Shown: piece after piece, positions 1 through 13,200 of the stretch | Layout: each line of letters begins with the position of its first letter | How positions within the stretch are numbered: position 1 is the stretch's first letter | NCBI GenBank assembly: GCA_964016885.1 | Contig: OZ024740.1 | Span: 49,104,001 to 49,168,000 of the forward strand | Direction: 5' to 3' | Origin: Eledone cirrhosa | Lineage: Eukaryota | DNA: 64,000 bases | Notes under the pieces: generated by a model | Seen by the model: the letters and a program-made list of their open reading frames with translations, nothing else | Databases searched by the model: none | Told to the model about the DNA's origin: nothing | Position numbers and translations under genes: made by a program

Positions 1-356
1 TTACTACGCTGCCGCTGACTTGTACTGCTGGTCCCTGTATAGGGTCTACGTGGGGTAGGGTCTCTTCTTCCCATGCATTCTCCTCATTTAGTAATCTATC
101 ATAATGACTCTTCCATGCATCTTTCTTCTCAGCACTTGTGAGGGCAAGCTCACCTTTATCATTCCGGATACACTTCTCTCCAATGACATCACAACTATCT
201 CTGACACACTGCCTCGCAATCTTGAATACCTCCTGTTTCTGGTCCTCACGTTGTAAAACATGCTTGAATTTTCTATCCTCTGCTTCCCTCCTAGCTAAGT
301 ATACTTGTCGCCTAGCTTCCCTCTTGGTCTCTATGTAATGTACCCTGCTCCCCCCG

Positions 357-357
<1 letters not shown>
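1..357 (-). mobile_element. RTE-clade LINE fragment (family related to the PHD-RTE copies)
   Basis: Minus strand encodes ...[29 protein letters not shown]...; the same segment recurs at about 15819-15905. Confidence 0.8.
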
Positions 358-431
<74 letters not shown>

Positions 432-438
432 GTATACG

Positions 439-469
<31 letters not shown>

Positions 470-496
470 GTATATGTATATATATATACGTATATG

Positions 497-527
<31 letters not shown>

Positions 528-534
528 GTATATG

Positions 535-565
<31 letters not shown>

Positions 566-572
566 GTATATG

Positions 573-603
<31 letters not shown>

Positions 604-1176
604 GTATATGTATATATATATGTATATATATATATACGTATATGTATATATATATGTATATATATATATACGTATATGTATATATATATGTATATATATA
701 TATACGTATATGTATATATATATGTATATATATATGTATATATATATGTATATATATATGTATATATATATATGTATATATATATATGTATATATATGTA
801 TATATATATATGTATATATATATATGTATATATATATATGTATATATATATGTATATATATGTATATATATGTATATATATGTATATATATATGTATATA
901 TATATGTATATATATATGTATATATATATATGTATATATATATATGTATATATATATGTATATATATATGTATATATATATGTATATATATATGTATATA
1001 TATATGTATATATATATGTATATATATATATGTATATATATATGTGTATATATATGTATATATATATGTGTATATATATGTATATATATATGTATATATA
1101 TATATGTATATATGTATATATATATATATGTATGTATATATATATGTATATATATATGTGTATATATATGTATATG
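358..1176. repeat. Compound (AT)n/(ATATGT)n microsatellite
   Basis: About 820 bp of AT dinucleotides with GT/CG interruptions. Confidence 0.98.
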
Positions 1177-3505
1177 CATCATCATCATCATCGTTTAATG
1201 TCCATATTCCACGCTAGCCTGGGTTTGGACGGGAATTTTCCCACTTGAGGCAAGAGTGGTTGTCCTGCTCGTATAGGACTGTCTGGCGGGTTTTCTACGG
1301 CTGGATGCTCTTCCTAACACCAACCACGTTTACAGTGTGGACTGGGAGGTTTTTACCGTGTTACCTACACGGTCACATTACAGCGTGGACTGTGTGTTAT
1401 TTTGTGGTGACACCTATACGACCTCATTTGTTTCGGGCTGGATGTTGTGGTACCAACATAACTTTACATAGAAAGGGGTGGTGTGGATGGGGTGGGGGTA
1501 GTGGGACGGGGGTGTATTTTTGTTAGAGGTGCCTACTGACTGTAGGCTTCGCTTTGTACTTAGGCAAGGCGGGTCTTCTGTATTACTGTGTAGCACCAAA
1601 GATCTCGGTCCAGTGACATTGTCTTGGAGAGGTGTAAATGTGTGAGGTCGGAATTTATCAAGTCGTCCCAGGTTCTTCTGGGTCTGCCTACTCCGTGGCT
1701 ACCGTCTATTTTTATTGCCCTGCACTTTTTTATACAGCTGTCGTCTTTCATGCGCATCACGTGACCGTACCAATGTAGTCTTCTCTCGAGTAAACAACAT
1801 CTGATCCCTCTTATTTCTAATCTTTCCCTTAGTTCGTTTATGCTTTGCCGTTCACGTATATTACGTTATTGTTATAGCCTGAACAGCAATAATAAATAGG
1901 AGGGGGCTAAGGATGGAGCCCTGATGAACACCAACTTTTACGCTAAACTCTTCACTATATTCGTTGTTAATTCTAACCTTCTGACTGTTTCTTTATACAT
2001 GGCTTGTATAGCCCTCACAAGCCATTCGTCAATGCCTAGTTTTCTAAGAGCCCACCAGATAATGGAGCGAGGGACTCTGTCAAAGGCTTTCTCCAAGTCA
2101 ACAAAAGCTAAGTATAGGGGTTTACTTTTAGCTAGGTACTTCTCCTGTAGTTGTCGTACAATGAAAAGAGCGTTTGTGGTACTTTTACCTGACACAAACC
2201 CGAACTACATTTCATCTAGATCAATTCGCTCTCTGATTAGTTGCGCTATTACTTTTTCTGTGACCTTCATGACCTGGTCGATTAATTTAATGCCTCTATA
2301 GTTACCTCTATCTAGGGCATCTCCTTTACCCTTGTAGCAGTTAACGATGATGCTGCTACGCCAGTCCTTCGGAACGACCCCATTCTGTATGACTTGGTTT
2401 AGTATCCGGGTGACCATAGTGTGTTCCACTGTTCTAGATGCATTTCAGCAACTATTTCCGAAGGCCCAGCCGCCTTACCCGTCTTCATATCTTTGATTGC
2501 CTTACTTATTATACTACCCTCGACTAACACTGCTGGTCGCTCTATTGGATCGATGTAGGGGAGACTGTCTTTCTCCCAATTATTCTCCTCATTTAGTAGC
2601 CTTTCGTAGTGACACTTCCAAGCTACCTTCTTATCAGCGTCAGTGATGGCAAGTACACCATCATCATTAAGGACACACTTCTCCCCGACAATATCACAGT
2701 TTTCCTTGACACACTGCCTAGCAATCCTGAACACCTCCCGTTTTTGGTCCTCGCGTTGTAGAACATGCTTGAACTTTCTTTCCTCTGCTTCCCTTCTTGC
2801 GAAGTACACTTGTCTCCTAGCTTCCCTCCTGGCCACTTGATAGTCTTCTCTACTTCCCCCATCCCTCCATACTTTCCAAGCCTGCTTTTTGGCCTTAATT
2901 GACTCCTCCACCTTACTGTTCCACCACCATGTTACTCTCCTCCATGATTGTCTCGTTTTTTGAAGTTAGTGTTACAGATAGTTAGGTTATTTGCATCACA
3001 GAATTCCAGGATTCTGGAGCCTTCCTCATTTCTAGTACCAAACCCATAGCCTCCGTGGATTCCGTCATAGCCGTCACGATGTTGTCCTACGTGACCATTT
3101 AGGTCGCCAGCAATAATTATATAGTCACTGTCGGTTATTTGGGAGGTAGTGAGCATCAGTGTCTCATAGAATCTGTCTTTTATAGCGCCAGGCAGTCCGG
3201 ATTGTCATTTCCCACCCAGAAAAGCTTATAGCATCGTTTTTTACTCACAATGAATCTAGCAGACCCGCCCCTCCATCTGGTCTCTTGGATACAGCAAACA
3301 TCAACCTCCTTATGTTCAAGCATTTCTACAACCTCGTTAGAGAAGCCTTTTAAGGTGCCTACATTCATGGTACCAACTCTGAAGTTTTGGATTGCGTTTA
3401 GTGGGTGGGGCGCAGGGAGGGGTGAGGGGGATGGGGTTGGGGTTATGTTGGCCATCCACGGCCGCAACAAAGAGGAGGGGGCCTTGCCCTTTCGTCCGGC
3501 AGCAT
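1177..3505 (-). mobile_element. RTE-clade LINE, multiply internally deleted, (GAT)n tail
   Basis: APE motifs ([24 protein letters not shown]), RT motifs ([19 protein letters not shown]), C-terminus GRPRRTW, tail (cat)n at 1177; flanked by AT repeats on both sides. Confidence 0.93.
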
Positions 3506-3525
3506 GATATATGTATATATATATC

Positions 3526-3598
<73 letters not shown>

Positions 3599-3699
3599 GT
3601 ATATGTATATGTATATATATGTATGTATATGTATATGTATATATATGTATATATATGTATATATATATATGTATATATATATATGTATATATATATATG

Positions 3700-3731
<32 letters not shown>

Positions 3732-3753
3732 TATTTGTATATATATATATATA
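3506..3753. repeat. (AT)n/(ATATGT)n microsatellite
   Basis: Direct reading. Confidence 0.95.
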
Positions 3754-3757
3754 TTAA

Positions 3758-4004
3758 CCATTTTGTTACCATATTTATTATGAAAGACACTGCCTATGAT
3801 TTTCAAATAATTTTGAAAGTCAAGAATTTGAAGGGACTCAGTAAAATAACTTTCTCGGTATATAGAATATTTAGAACATAATTAAACAAGGGTTTTTATA
3901 TAAAATTATGATGGAAGGTTTTTAGATAAATATAAACATTTAAAAATAAACAGCTCTGTGTTGTATAACCAACGGTGGTTTCAGGTAGTGGGGTAACAAA
4001 TGGG
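3758..4004. mobile_element. TTAA-flanked MITE (piggyBac-like); related copy at 25755-25992
   Basis: TTAA|CCATTTTGTTACC...GGTAACAAATGGG|TTAA. Confidence 0.7.
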
Positions 4005-4178
4005 TTAAATGGTTAATTTATATGTCTTATTTAAGGTGTGATTGTTTTAGTCTCAACATAACATTGCAGATCAAATAATTTAACCAAACAAATATCTTTA
4101 TTTCCATTCCAATGCAATAGACACACTTTTTAATCTTTTAGATTTGCCACTTCACTGAAAATTGGTCACTTGTCTTAA

Positions 4179-4382
4179 CTCTTAGTATCCTGTACCACAT
4201 AAAACTGCATCGCAAGACATTCTAGAATAGTACAAAACTGCATCACATTCAAAATTGAAGTCTTTACTTTAGTTTACTGTAAATGTTTACAACAATCTAT
4301 TCATTGATAAAGATTCTAAAAACATTTAAATTAACACATGTTTTTAGATATTTTTTGCTAAATCATTACAGGATGTTAAGAG
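4179..4382. mobile_element. TTAA-flanked MITE; related copy at about 37763-37978
   Basis: TTAA|CTCTTAGTATCCTGTA...TACAGGATGTTAAGAG|TTAA. Confidence 0.65.
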
Positions 4383-4874
4383 TTAAAGACATCTTAATTT
4401 CTATCACAACTCTTAATATAACTTCTCTGTGTCTCTCTTACAAATAATGATTTTTTTAAATTTTGATAATAATGATTTCTTTATATATATTAAAAAAATC
4501 ATTATTGAAATAAGGAAATCATTATTAGTAACTTAAACTTAATTTTCTCAACTAATTTTTCCCTCTCATTTTAACAGTTTTGTTTATCTTTCAAACTGCT
4601 TAATGCATTTCTTTTCTTTTGAAGTTATTCTTCTACTATTGGAATGTTAAGAATAAATACACTTTTAATGCTCAGTGTTGTCTCTTATTCTGTCTCAGAC
4701 ATGGGTATATTATTGTTAATGTTGTTTAGCTTACAGTGTTGATGTGTTCATTTTAGTGTTATATTTGTTACATATATATATTTTTTGTTAAATTTCTCTT
4801 ATTACAATTTTTTTTATTATTCCTTTTGGAAAATGATATGAAAACTATTATTTTTGAAGATTTTCCATTTTTCC

Positions 4875-5775
4875 ATTTACAGGGGTGGCCTGAACATTTA
4901 CAGTGGTTTCCTGAGCACTCAGTGTGGTTGTCTGGGCACTCAGAGTTGTTGTCTGAGTACTTAGAGTGATTGTCTGAGCATATACAAATGTTGACTGAGT
5001 TTGTACAGAGGCTGGCTGAGCACTTACAAAGGTTGTCAGAGCATGTATAGAGTTTAGCTGTCTAAACATGTACAGGGTTGGTCTGAGCATTTACAGTGTT
5101 GTCTGAACATTTACAGGGGTTGTTTGAGCATTTACAGGAAGTGAATTGGTTGAGTTGTTACAGTATAGGACAAAATGCTTTGCAATGCTGCTCTCTGTGC
5201 TCTGTGTTCAAATCTCACTGGGGTCAACTTTGCCTTTCATCTTTTAGGGTCAGTAAAATAAAATACCAACCCATGGCAGTGGATTGGCAAAAGTGCTGAA
5301 TGAGATACTTTGCTGTATTTGTTCTGGATCTTTGTGTTCTAAGTTCAAATTCCACTATAGCCTACTTGAGTTGTTGGCTTAATCCATCACTTGGTTTAAC
5401 ATAACCACATAGCCCAGGGGGATCTTTCAGAAGAGTTCATTCTGTTGCAAGCATTCAGACCAGGTTCCTGTTTTTTAGATACCTTCTTCCTTCTTCAGTC
5501 TTAGAGGCTCTGAATCACCATGGGCACTTTTCTCTTTCTAATGAAACAGTAAAACAAAATTATAAGGGTTGGTTGAGCATTTACAAAGGTTATCTGAGCA
5601 TTTACAGTTATTGTCTGAACATTTACTGAGGTTGTCTGAATATTTACAGGGGTTGTCTGAGCATTAGCAGTTGTCGTCTGTATATTTACAGCATTTGTCC
5701 AAGTATTAATATTGGCTGTGGGAGCATTTACAGCGGTTGTATGAACATGTATAATGGTTGTCTGGACATATGGTG
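4875..5775. repeat. Two arrays of a 21-bp minisatellite (about 4875-5140 and 5565-5775), consensus near GAGCATTTACAGGGGTTGTCT
   Basis: 21-nt periodicity; gives the spurious Thr/Val-rich ORFs 4848-5090 and 5501-5845. Confidence 0.85.
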
Positions 5776-6605
5776 TAGTTGTCGGCATGCAGATTAGTTC
5801 CAGTTGTTGTTCAGCCCCCAGGTCAGCTCTAATTGAGCAGACCAATGACCAAAGACATTCCAGCTATGATGACCATTTGCTCCCCCCCCCCCCCAACATA
5901 GTGTACTTTGGACTATTTTTCAGTGAAGTGTAATTTGAGGAACAATTTGTTTGCTATTTCTAACAGGTTGAGTGACTTCTAGAGATTCTCTTGGCTTATA
6001 AACTGGTTGTCTAGCTGAGCTAGAAAAACCTTAATGTAATCTTTGAACATGTTCTTTAGACTAAGGCAGATTATAATTTTTTTAACCTAGTGCTGTGTTA
6101 TGAATTCTTATCTCATTGACACCTCCTCTTCTCTGAGGGATGTAACTCAAAATCAAACTTAGAGGGCCTTCACCTCTCAACTGATAAGGATGAAACTAAA
6201 TATTGCACTCTATGACTGCTATCAACACTGTCCCCAAACCTTTTATCTTATTTGTTGGAATTTCACAATGAATTCATAACTAGTGACATTCACTAACCAA
6301 TGTTTAATTCATGGTCTGAAACAGTAATCCTCATAAATATTTCTTATATATATTGTATGGAGTTATGATAAAATGCTCCCAGTACATGCTGTAAAGTAGT
6401 TGGCATTAGGAAGGACATCTGGTCATAGAAACCAAGCAAAAAATGGAGCTTATGAGCAAGTTATGGCCACCTGACCAGTCTAACATCAGAATGTGACAAC
6501 CTATTAAGTTCATGCAATATAGACATTAAACAGTGAGGATGATTATGCTTCAACATGAAATTAGAATCTTCTCAGTTTGTGGAAACATTAGTTTATTTAG
6601 TTTAA

Positions 6606-6826
6606 CCCTTTAACATTTACATTACTGTATATATACTATCATATTTTCACAGTAAAGGCTTTATTTCACATAATTATCTCACATAATCTGGAATCTACGA
6701 GATTTTGATATTATTCATTTTGAGAACAATAACTTAACATCAGTATGAGTGGCTGGTTACAGCCGATTTGAACAGAAAGAGGTGAGATAATTCTGACTGG
6801 ATACAGCTGGTTTTAATGCTAAAGGG
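6606..6826. mobile_element. TTAA-flanked piggyBac-like MITE (copy 1 of 3)
   Basis: TTAA|CCCTTTAACATTT...AATGCTAAAGGG|TTAA; homologous to 38287-38508 and 47137-47357. Confidence 0.8.
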
Positions 6827-7121
6827 TTAATCAGTAGTATCTGGAATTAAACAAAAAATCAACCTATTGCTTTATTTTACAAAGTTTCACTGAGACATCA
6901 AGTTGTTCACATATTTTTAACTTTAACTAGCTTTTTTGTTTTCTTGCTATTTGCTGTAATCTTCTTCATATATTTTACATTGATTTACTAATATTTGTAG
7001 TTGTGTGATAGTATAGCAGATCATTAACTACAACAAACTGCTTTATCCACTACTAGGGATCTTATACAGTGTAATAATAATAATACTGTTTGTGTTTGTT
7101 CTTATTTATTTCATTATACAG

Positions 7122-7266
7122 GTGTTGATTGGAAGTCTTTAACGATTCCAGCATCTTTACCAATTACAACAGACTTTTTTCCTGATCTGCGTAGTTTAAA
7201 TGCTGATTTTGTAGTTTATCATTATATCATTTTGCCTGAAATTGTCAACAGTGAATATTGGACAAA
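7122..7266 (+). CDS. DEPDC5: DEPDC5 exon (first in window)
   Basis: tatacag|GT GTT GAT TGG AAG...ACA AA|gtaagt; [48 protein letters not shown]. Confidence 0.93.
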
Positions 7267-10200
7267 GTAAGTTTTAATAATTGTTTCTACTTTTGGCACA
7301 AGGCCAGCAATTACCCAGTGTATTACTGGTACTTTATTTTATCAACCCCATAAGTAAGTTTTAATAATATTTTCTAAAACGTATTTGAAGAAATACAAAG
7401 AATATTTTAAAATTTTGGTGCTTTCACTTGTCTAACAAGGGATGGAATTGAGTAATTTTTTCCTTCTCTTATGTTTTTCAACTTATCAACTTTTCTATGC
7501 ATTTTGTCAACAGTCTACCAAGCAACCCAGATGAGAAATGTTACCGAAAACCTCCAATGGACACAGAACAATTGTTCAGGGAGCTGATATCACAGAGATT
7601 ATCACAGGTTGAGTCTCTTTGCTTCATTTATTTCAAATTCTAGTGGTGGTGGTGATGGTGGTAGCAGTTGTGGCGGTGGTGGTAGTGGTAAAATAGTAAA
7701 TTTAAAGAAAAAATGCACTTTCATTGATTTGATATTTATAGTAATTCCACTTTATAAGGGTGAATAATTGAAGCAAGTTGATGTGTGATGTTTTTTATGT
7801 ACCTTTCTGAGAGTGCTTGTACTAAAGTGTTTATAATTAAATTGAATTTGTGATCAAATCTCTTTATCACATAAATGATATGAGATGTCAGTTGCTCTAT
7901 ACCAGAGGTTCCCAAACTTTTTTTGCATCATTGCCCACTTTCACATGGAACAATTTTCCATCGCCCACCTACATAGTAAATATTCAAAAGCACACCAAAA
8001 ATGTTTGGTAAATGTTTGTTACTGGTTTGTTATTTCCTTTTTAGCCTCCTGTTTAATTTTTAAATAGAAGTCCTTTGCATGTCTCCTTTGAATATTTTTT
8101 GTGGGTAACATATGTTGAAATGCCTTCTTAATACTCAAAATCCAACATTGCCCATCAAAATTTCCAATCACCCACCATTTTCTGTTCAGTTGCTTATCAC
8201 TCATTCAATAGTTGAAATTGCCCACCGGAGGGCAATATCACCTAAGTTTGGAAAGCCTGCTCCATACCAATCTAATACTCAAATATAATAGTGACAGAAA
8301 GAGTTATAGTACACCTAATTAGGGAAAGAGTCAAAATAGATGAGATGTAGTTTGGTTTCATGCCTGGGAAAAATACTACAGATGTTCTCTTCCTAGTGAA
8401 GCAATTACAAGAAAAGTTTGTGGCCAAGAATAAACCACAATACTTAGCTTTTGTTTATCTTGAAAATGCTTTTCACGTGGTACCTCAATCTATTATCTGG
8501 TGGTCCTTAAGGAAATTATGTGTAGAAGAATGGCTTGTGAGAGCAGTGCAAGCTATGTATAGAGGAACTGTCAGTAAAGTGAGAGTAGGAAGTGAGTTTA
8601 GTGAGGAATTCAAGGTACAGGTTCATCAGGGTTTGGCTTTTTGCCCACTGCTATTCATCATAGTTCTCTAAGCTATAACAGAAGAGTTTAAGACTAGCTG
8701 TCCATAGGAACTTCTTTATGCAGATGACTTGGTTTTTGTAGCTGAATCCATAAAAGAACTAGAAAATAAGTTCCAATTATGGAAACAGAATTTGGAATCA
8801 AAAGGTCTGAGAGTAAACTTAGCCAAAACTAAAGTGCTAGTGAGTAGGAAAGAAGATAGGACCCTGATTCCTTCAGGGAAGTGACCCTGCTCAATATGTA
8901 GAAAAAGAGTAGGCATAGACTCCATATGATGTACACAATGTAAATCATGGGTACACAAGATATATAGTGGGATAATGAGTAGACAAATGGGAAGGGAGGA
9001 CTTTGTATGTAGAAGATGCACAGGGGTAATTGAGAGCAAGAGTGCCAGTGATATAAACCTTTTCAAGTCACAGGAAAGATTCATGGAAGTGATTGATAGC
9101 TTCTGCTATCTAGGTAACTTAATTAGCAGTAGGGAGCGGGGGTACGCTGAGAGTATAATAGCTAGAATAAGGATAGGATGGAAGAAGTTTCGAGAACTAC
9201 TCCCACTGTTGACAGCAAAAGATTTCTCCCTATGTACAAAAGGACGACTGTATGATGCCTGCGTGCAAAATGCAATGCTGCATGGTAGTGAAATATGGGC
9301 TATGACTGTAGAGGACATGCGTAGACTATTGAGAAATGAAGCAACCATACTTCATTGTATGTGCAATGTAAGTGTGAGAGAACAACAGAGCTTGGATGAA
9401 CTGAGGGAGAAGCTAAGTTTAAGAGGAATCCGAGGTGGTTTGCAGGAGAGAAGACTGTGTTGGTATGAACATGTGATGCATATCGACAATGACTGCTGAG
9501 TGAAGAAATGCCAGGAAATCCCAATGGAAGAAAGTTGCAGTTGAGGTAGACCAAGAAAGGCCTGGGCAGAGGTTGTGAGAGCTCCTCAAGTCGCTGAGAC
9601 ATGCAGAGGAGATGACTAAGAAATGCAATGAGTGGAGCGATGCCATGCTGAGAAGCACCTGTCCAACCCATGCAAGCTTGGACAAATGGACGTAAAAACG
9701 ATGACAATGATTTTACTAAGTCTGTCCCAAATCTTGGTTATATTTAAAAGTTTGCTCATTAGAAATTTAGTTGCCAAAGAGTTAAATGCAACCAAGCAAC
9801 TGAATGAAGTGAAGTCTCTTTCAGTTAACTTCTTCACCATTCTTTGAGCTGAAACATTTGCTTTTTTGTCTTCCAGGACCATATTGTTTATTAAAGAATC
9901 ATTTAACCCATGGTATCATGAATTAGGACCCTATGTCTCCACCACTACGGCCATTTACACTACCACAATTATCATCACTATCACTTCTACTATTTTCACT
10001 GGTCCAAATGATTGCAACAGATATTGGACTCTACTAAAGACACCCAGGGTCCAGATGGTGATAGTGAATTGGGTGATAGATTAAGTCTCCCACCCAAGAA
10101 CAGGTACATTCTATCAGTTTCACCAGTTTCACCCTCGGTAGATCTGAAGCTATATTGGAAGTGCCCAAAGTGTCACATTGTGAGATTGAACATGGAATCA

Positions 10201-13200
10201 CATGATTGTAAATCAAACATCTTAACCACATGGTCATGTGTATTCTCCATTGCCACTATCAGCCTCACTCTCACCACAGCCGTTGCCGCTGTCACTGCCA
10301 CCACCTCCACCACCATTAACATGTTTATTTTGCCATATTGATTAGGAATCAGATCTTCTGATAAATATATATTATTGATGCATTTATTCTGTTTATGTGA
10401 TATTTGTTATTTTCACATTATTAACGATATGTCTATTGATTTTGTGATCTCATATAGGGTTTTCAACTGATTGTTTTGCCAAAGAACTTATCTGATTCCT
10501 TGTCCATCACCAGGCATCGAGGAGCTGGATTTTACAAATCTCTTCATAATAAAAATGATGACTCGGTAAGTTATTTAAGAAAACTAAATTATAAATCACT
10601 TTGATTGAATATAATAATCTTACTGCATGTAACCACATATTTATTTTTGTTCCTTGTTGAAATCAGCTCTTTCTGTGAATCATATGTGAGGAGATTTGAG
10701 CTTGATGTCTTTTAGAACTATTGAAGAAAATGTCAGCAGCTGAGACTTACAGGAATTTAACAGTTAAGAGGACTGGAATTAACAAAGACATGACTGTAAA
10801 TCACTTGCTCCAATAATTCAAATCGTCATCATCACTATTTTTCATCTATTTTCCATGTTTCTACTCATTGATGTAATAGAAAGCTCTCAGAGATCTGTTC
10901 TCATTTCACAGTAATTCTTTGAATTATATAGAAATAGAGTTTGATAGTATAAAAGTAGATTAGAATAGTATTCTATGTCTGTTTTGGTACAGAGATAGTA
11001 TAGTAATAAAATCCCAAAAGAGGTCCGACTCTGTTTCAGCTGCTCTTCTAACTTACTGACTTTAAACTCAATGCTTGTAAACCAACCAAAATAGAGACAT
11101 GCATATGTATGTGTGGTAAAATGGATGTATCCTAGTTGGATTGTTTATTGACATAGACGTGAGGGAAGGTCCCTCGTCTATTTACCATTTTTTGTAAGTT
11201 AGAATTATAACAAAGTGAGTGGGTGTGTGCGTAAACAAGACAATAACCACAATGAGAGTTATATTCAACAATTGTAAATAATGGTGATGTTTATTTTGTT
11301 TATATGTGTTTATTATATTACAAATGAAACATACCTAATATAGACGCGGCCAGTTGTGGTGAATTACAATTACAAAGGTATTGTGGTGTTTGCTGTTCCC
11401 TTGGCTGTCTATCGTTTCGTGGTACAGAGGCTGTTTTCTGTGGCGTGTGTTTATTCTGCTTTCCGGTGGCTGTCTGTGTCTACCTCTCGTGTTCTCAACC
11501 AGGGGGAGATAACTAGGGTTGTTCTATTATCCGCCAGGGGGCGTGAGGCGTCTTACTACAGTATCTCCTGCCAGATTTTCAAATCATCGAAAATCGATGT
11601 CATTACTCACATGTGGAGTAAGATGGCGAACAATGCAACAAGGGGGAGCTATTCGCTCTACCAATCATTAAATCCAAAATAGGGATTTGAAAAATGTTAA
11701 AAAAAACAACATGCATGAAAAACGAGGCAAAAAGAAAGGTGCAGCTAACATAGTCTAAATATAGACGGTGCTGCAAAATTTTTTGGGCCAGTGGACCCTA
11801 CGATCTGAACGGGTCGTGGTCTTGTAACGTGGCGATGGTGGTGGTGTAGGGACAGGCGATGATGGTGGTTCAGGAACAGGCGTTCGCTCAACAGGCAAAT
11901 ACGATAGGGTTTGTGGATCAGGAACCACAGCGTCCGTGTCAAGGTGTGCCTGCTTAAACCTGTCTATTGTAACTGTCTCCCTGGACCCTTTAATATCTAA
12001 AGTGAAATGCTTAGCCGAGCGCGCTAAGACACGGTAAGGTCCAGTGTAAGGCTGTGTGAGCGGGGGCTTCACAGAATCTTTCCTTACAAAGACATGCGTC
12101 CACGAGGCAACATCCCTCGGGACAGCAGTCTTGACAGTTTGTTTCCTAGTGTCCATTGGCGGCAAATCCTGGAAATAGGAGCGCAAACGGGACACGTAGG
12201 AAGCGTGATCTTGGGCATCAAGATCGATAGGGGCAAGCATTTGCCCGGGCAACGTCAGAGGGGCACCGTACAGTACTTCGGCCAGTGAAAATCCAAAGTC
12301 GACCTTCACCGTTGACCGAATCCCTAGTAGCACAATAGGGAGGTACTCGCTCCAATGCGCCGAGTCCATTGAGGCTATTAAGGAGGCCTTCAGTTGTCAG
12401 TGAAAACGCTCCACCATACCATTCGAAGCGGGATGGTACGCTGTAGTTCTAATGCGTTTAGCACCAATTAATTTTGACAGTTCGAGGAAAAGGCTCGACT
12501 CGAACTGTCGTCCACGGTTGGTAGTTATTGTGGATGGAACTCCATAACGAGAGATCCATCCAGACACAAGAGCACGCGCTGTTGTCTCAGCGGTGATGTT
12601 TTTCAAGGGGATGGCCTCAGGCCATCTCGAAAAACGGTCAATTATGGTCAGCAGATAAGGTCCCACTATATCAATATGAATGTGGGAAAAACGCGCATCT
12701 GGGTTAGTAAAGGTACCCAGGGGAGCCTTGACGTGTCGATGGACCTTTGATTTCTGGCAAGCGACGCAGGAACGGCACCAAGCAGCAATTTCACGCCTCA
12801 TATTTGGCCAGAAAAATCTAGCTGATATGAGCTTTGCTGTGGCAGAAGATCCTGGATGCGAGAAACCATGTGATGCCAGAAACACGGTCCGATGATGATT
12901 CTCTGGAACGAAGGGCCTAGGCACGTCCAAAGAGACGTCGCAGAGAATTTGGCCAACTGCAGTCAACAGAGGCAAGTATTTCATCTCGCAATTCGCAAAC
13001 TCAGGCGATGTAACATCCAATGACTCGAGGGGAGGCTGATCCGCAACCAAACGAGTCAGATCTATGTCAGAAGGTGACGAGATCGCTGTCACGGGTAAGC
13101 GGGACAAAGCATCGGCCGCTGTATTTAGTGAACCCGGAATGTGTTGGATATCATTCGTATATTGCGAGATGAAATCAAGGTGTTTCGTCTCTCTGGGCGA

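Noticed and set aside
305-1248. Long Y/I/M/C-rich ORFs (also near 3400-3880, 45130-45980, 52800-54370, 56485-56904)
   Set aside because: Translations of AT/GT microsatellites, which lack stop codons.
4875-5775. Regular 21-bp repeats as a CRISPR array or a Thr-rich gene
   Set aside because: Units are contiguous with no unique spacers, there are no cas genes, and the context is a eukaryotic intron.
11356-11682. ORFs in the LTRs as an env-like or accessory gene
   Set aside because: Start at non-ATG codons, are antisense to the element and are not preserved in frame between the two LTRs.
12397-12399. TGA in integrase as programmed readthrough
   Set aside because: It falls at the Arg of conserved ERFHR; CGA-to-TGA decay is simpler and pol has other lesions.
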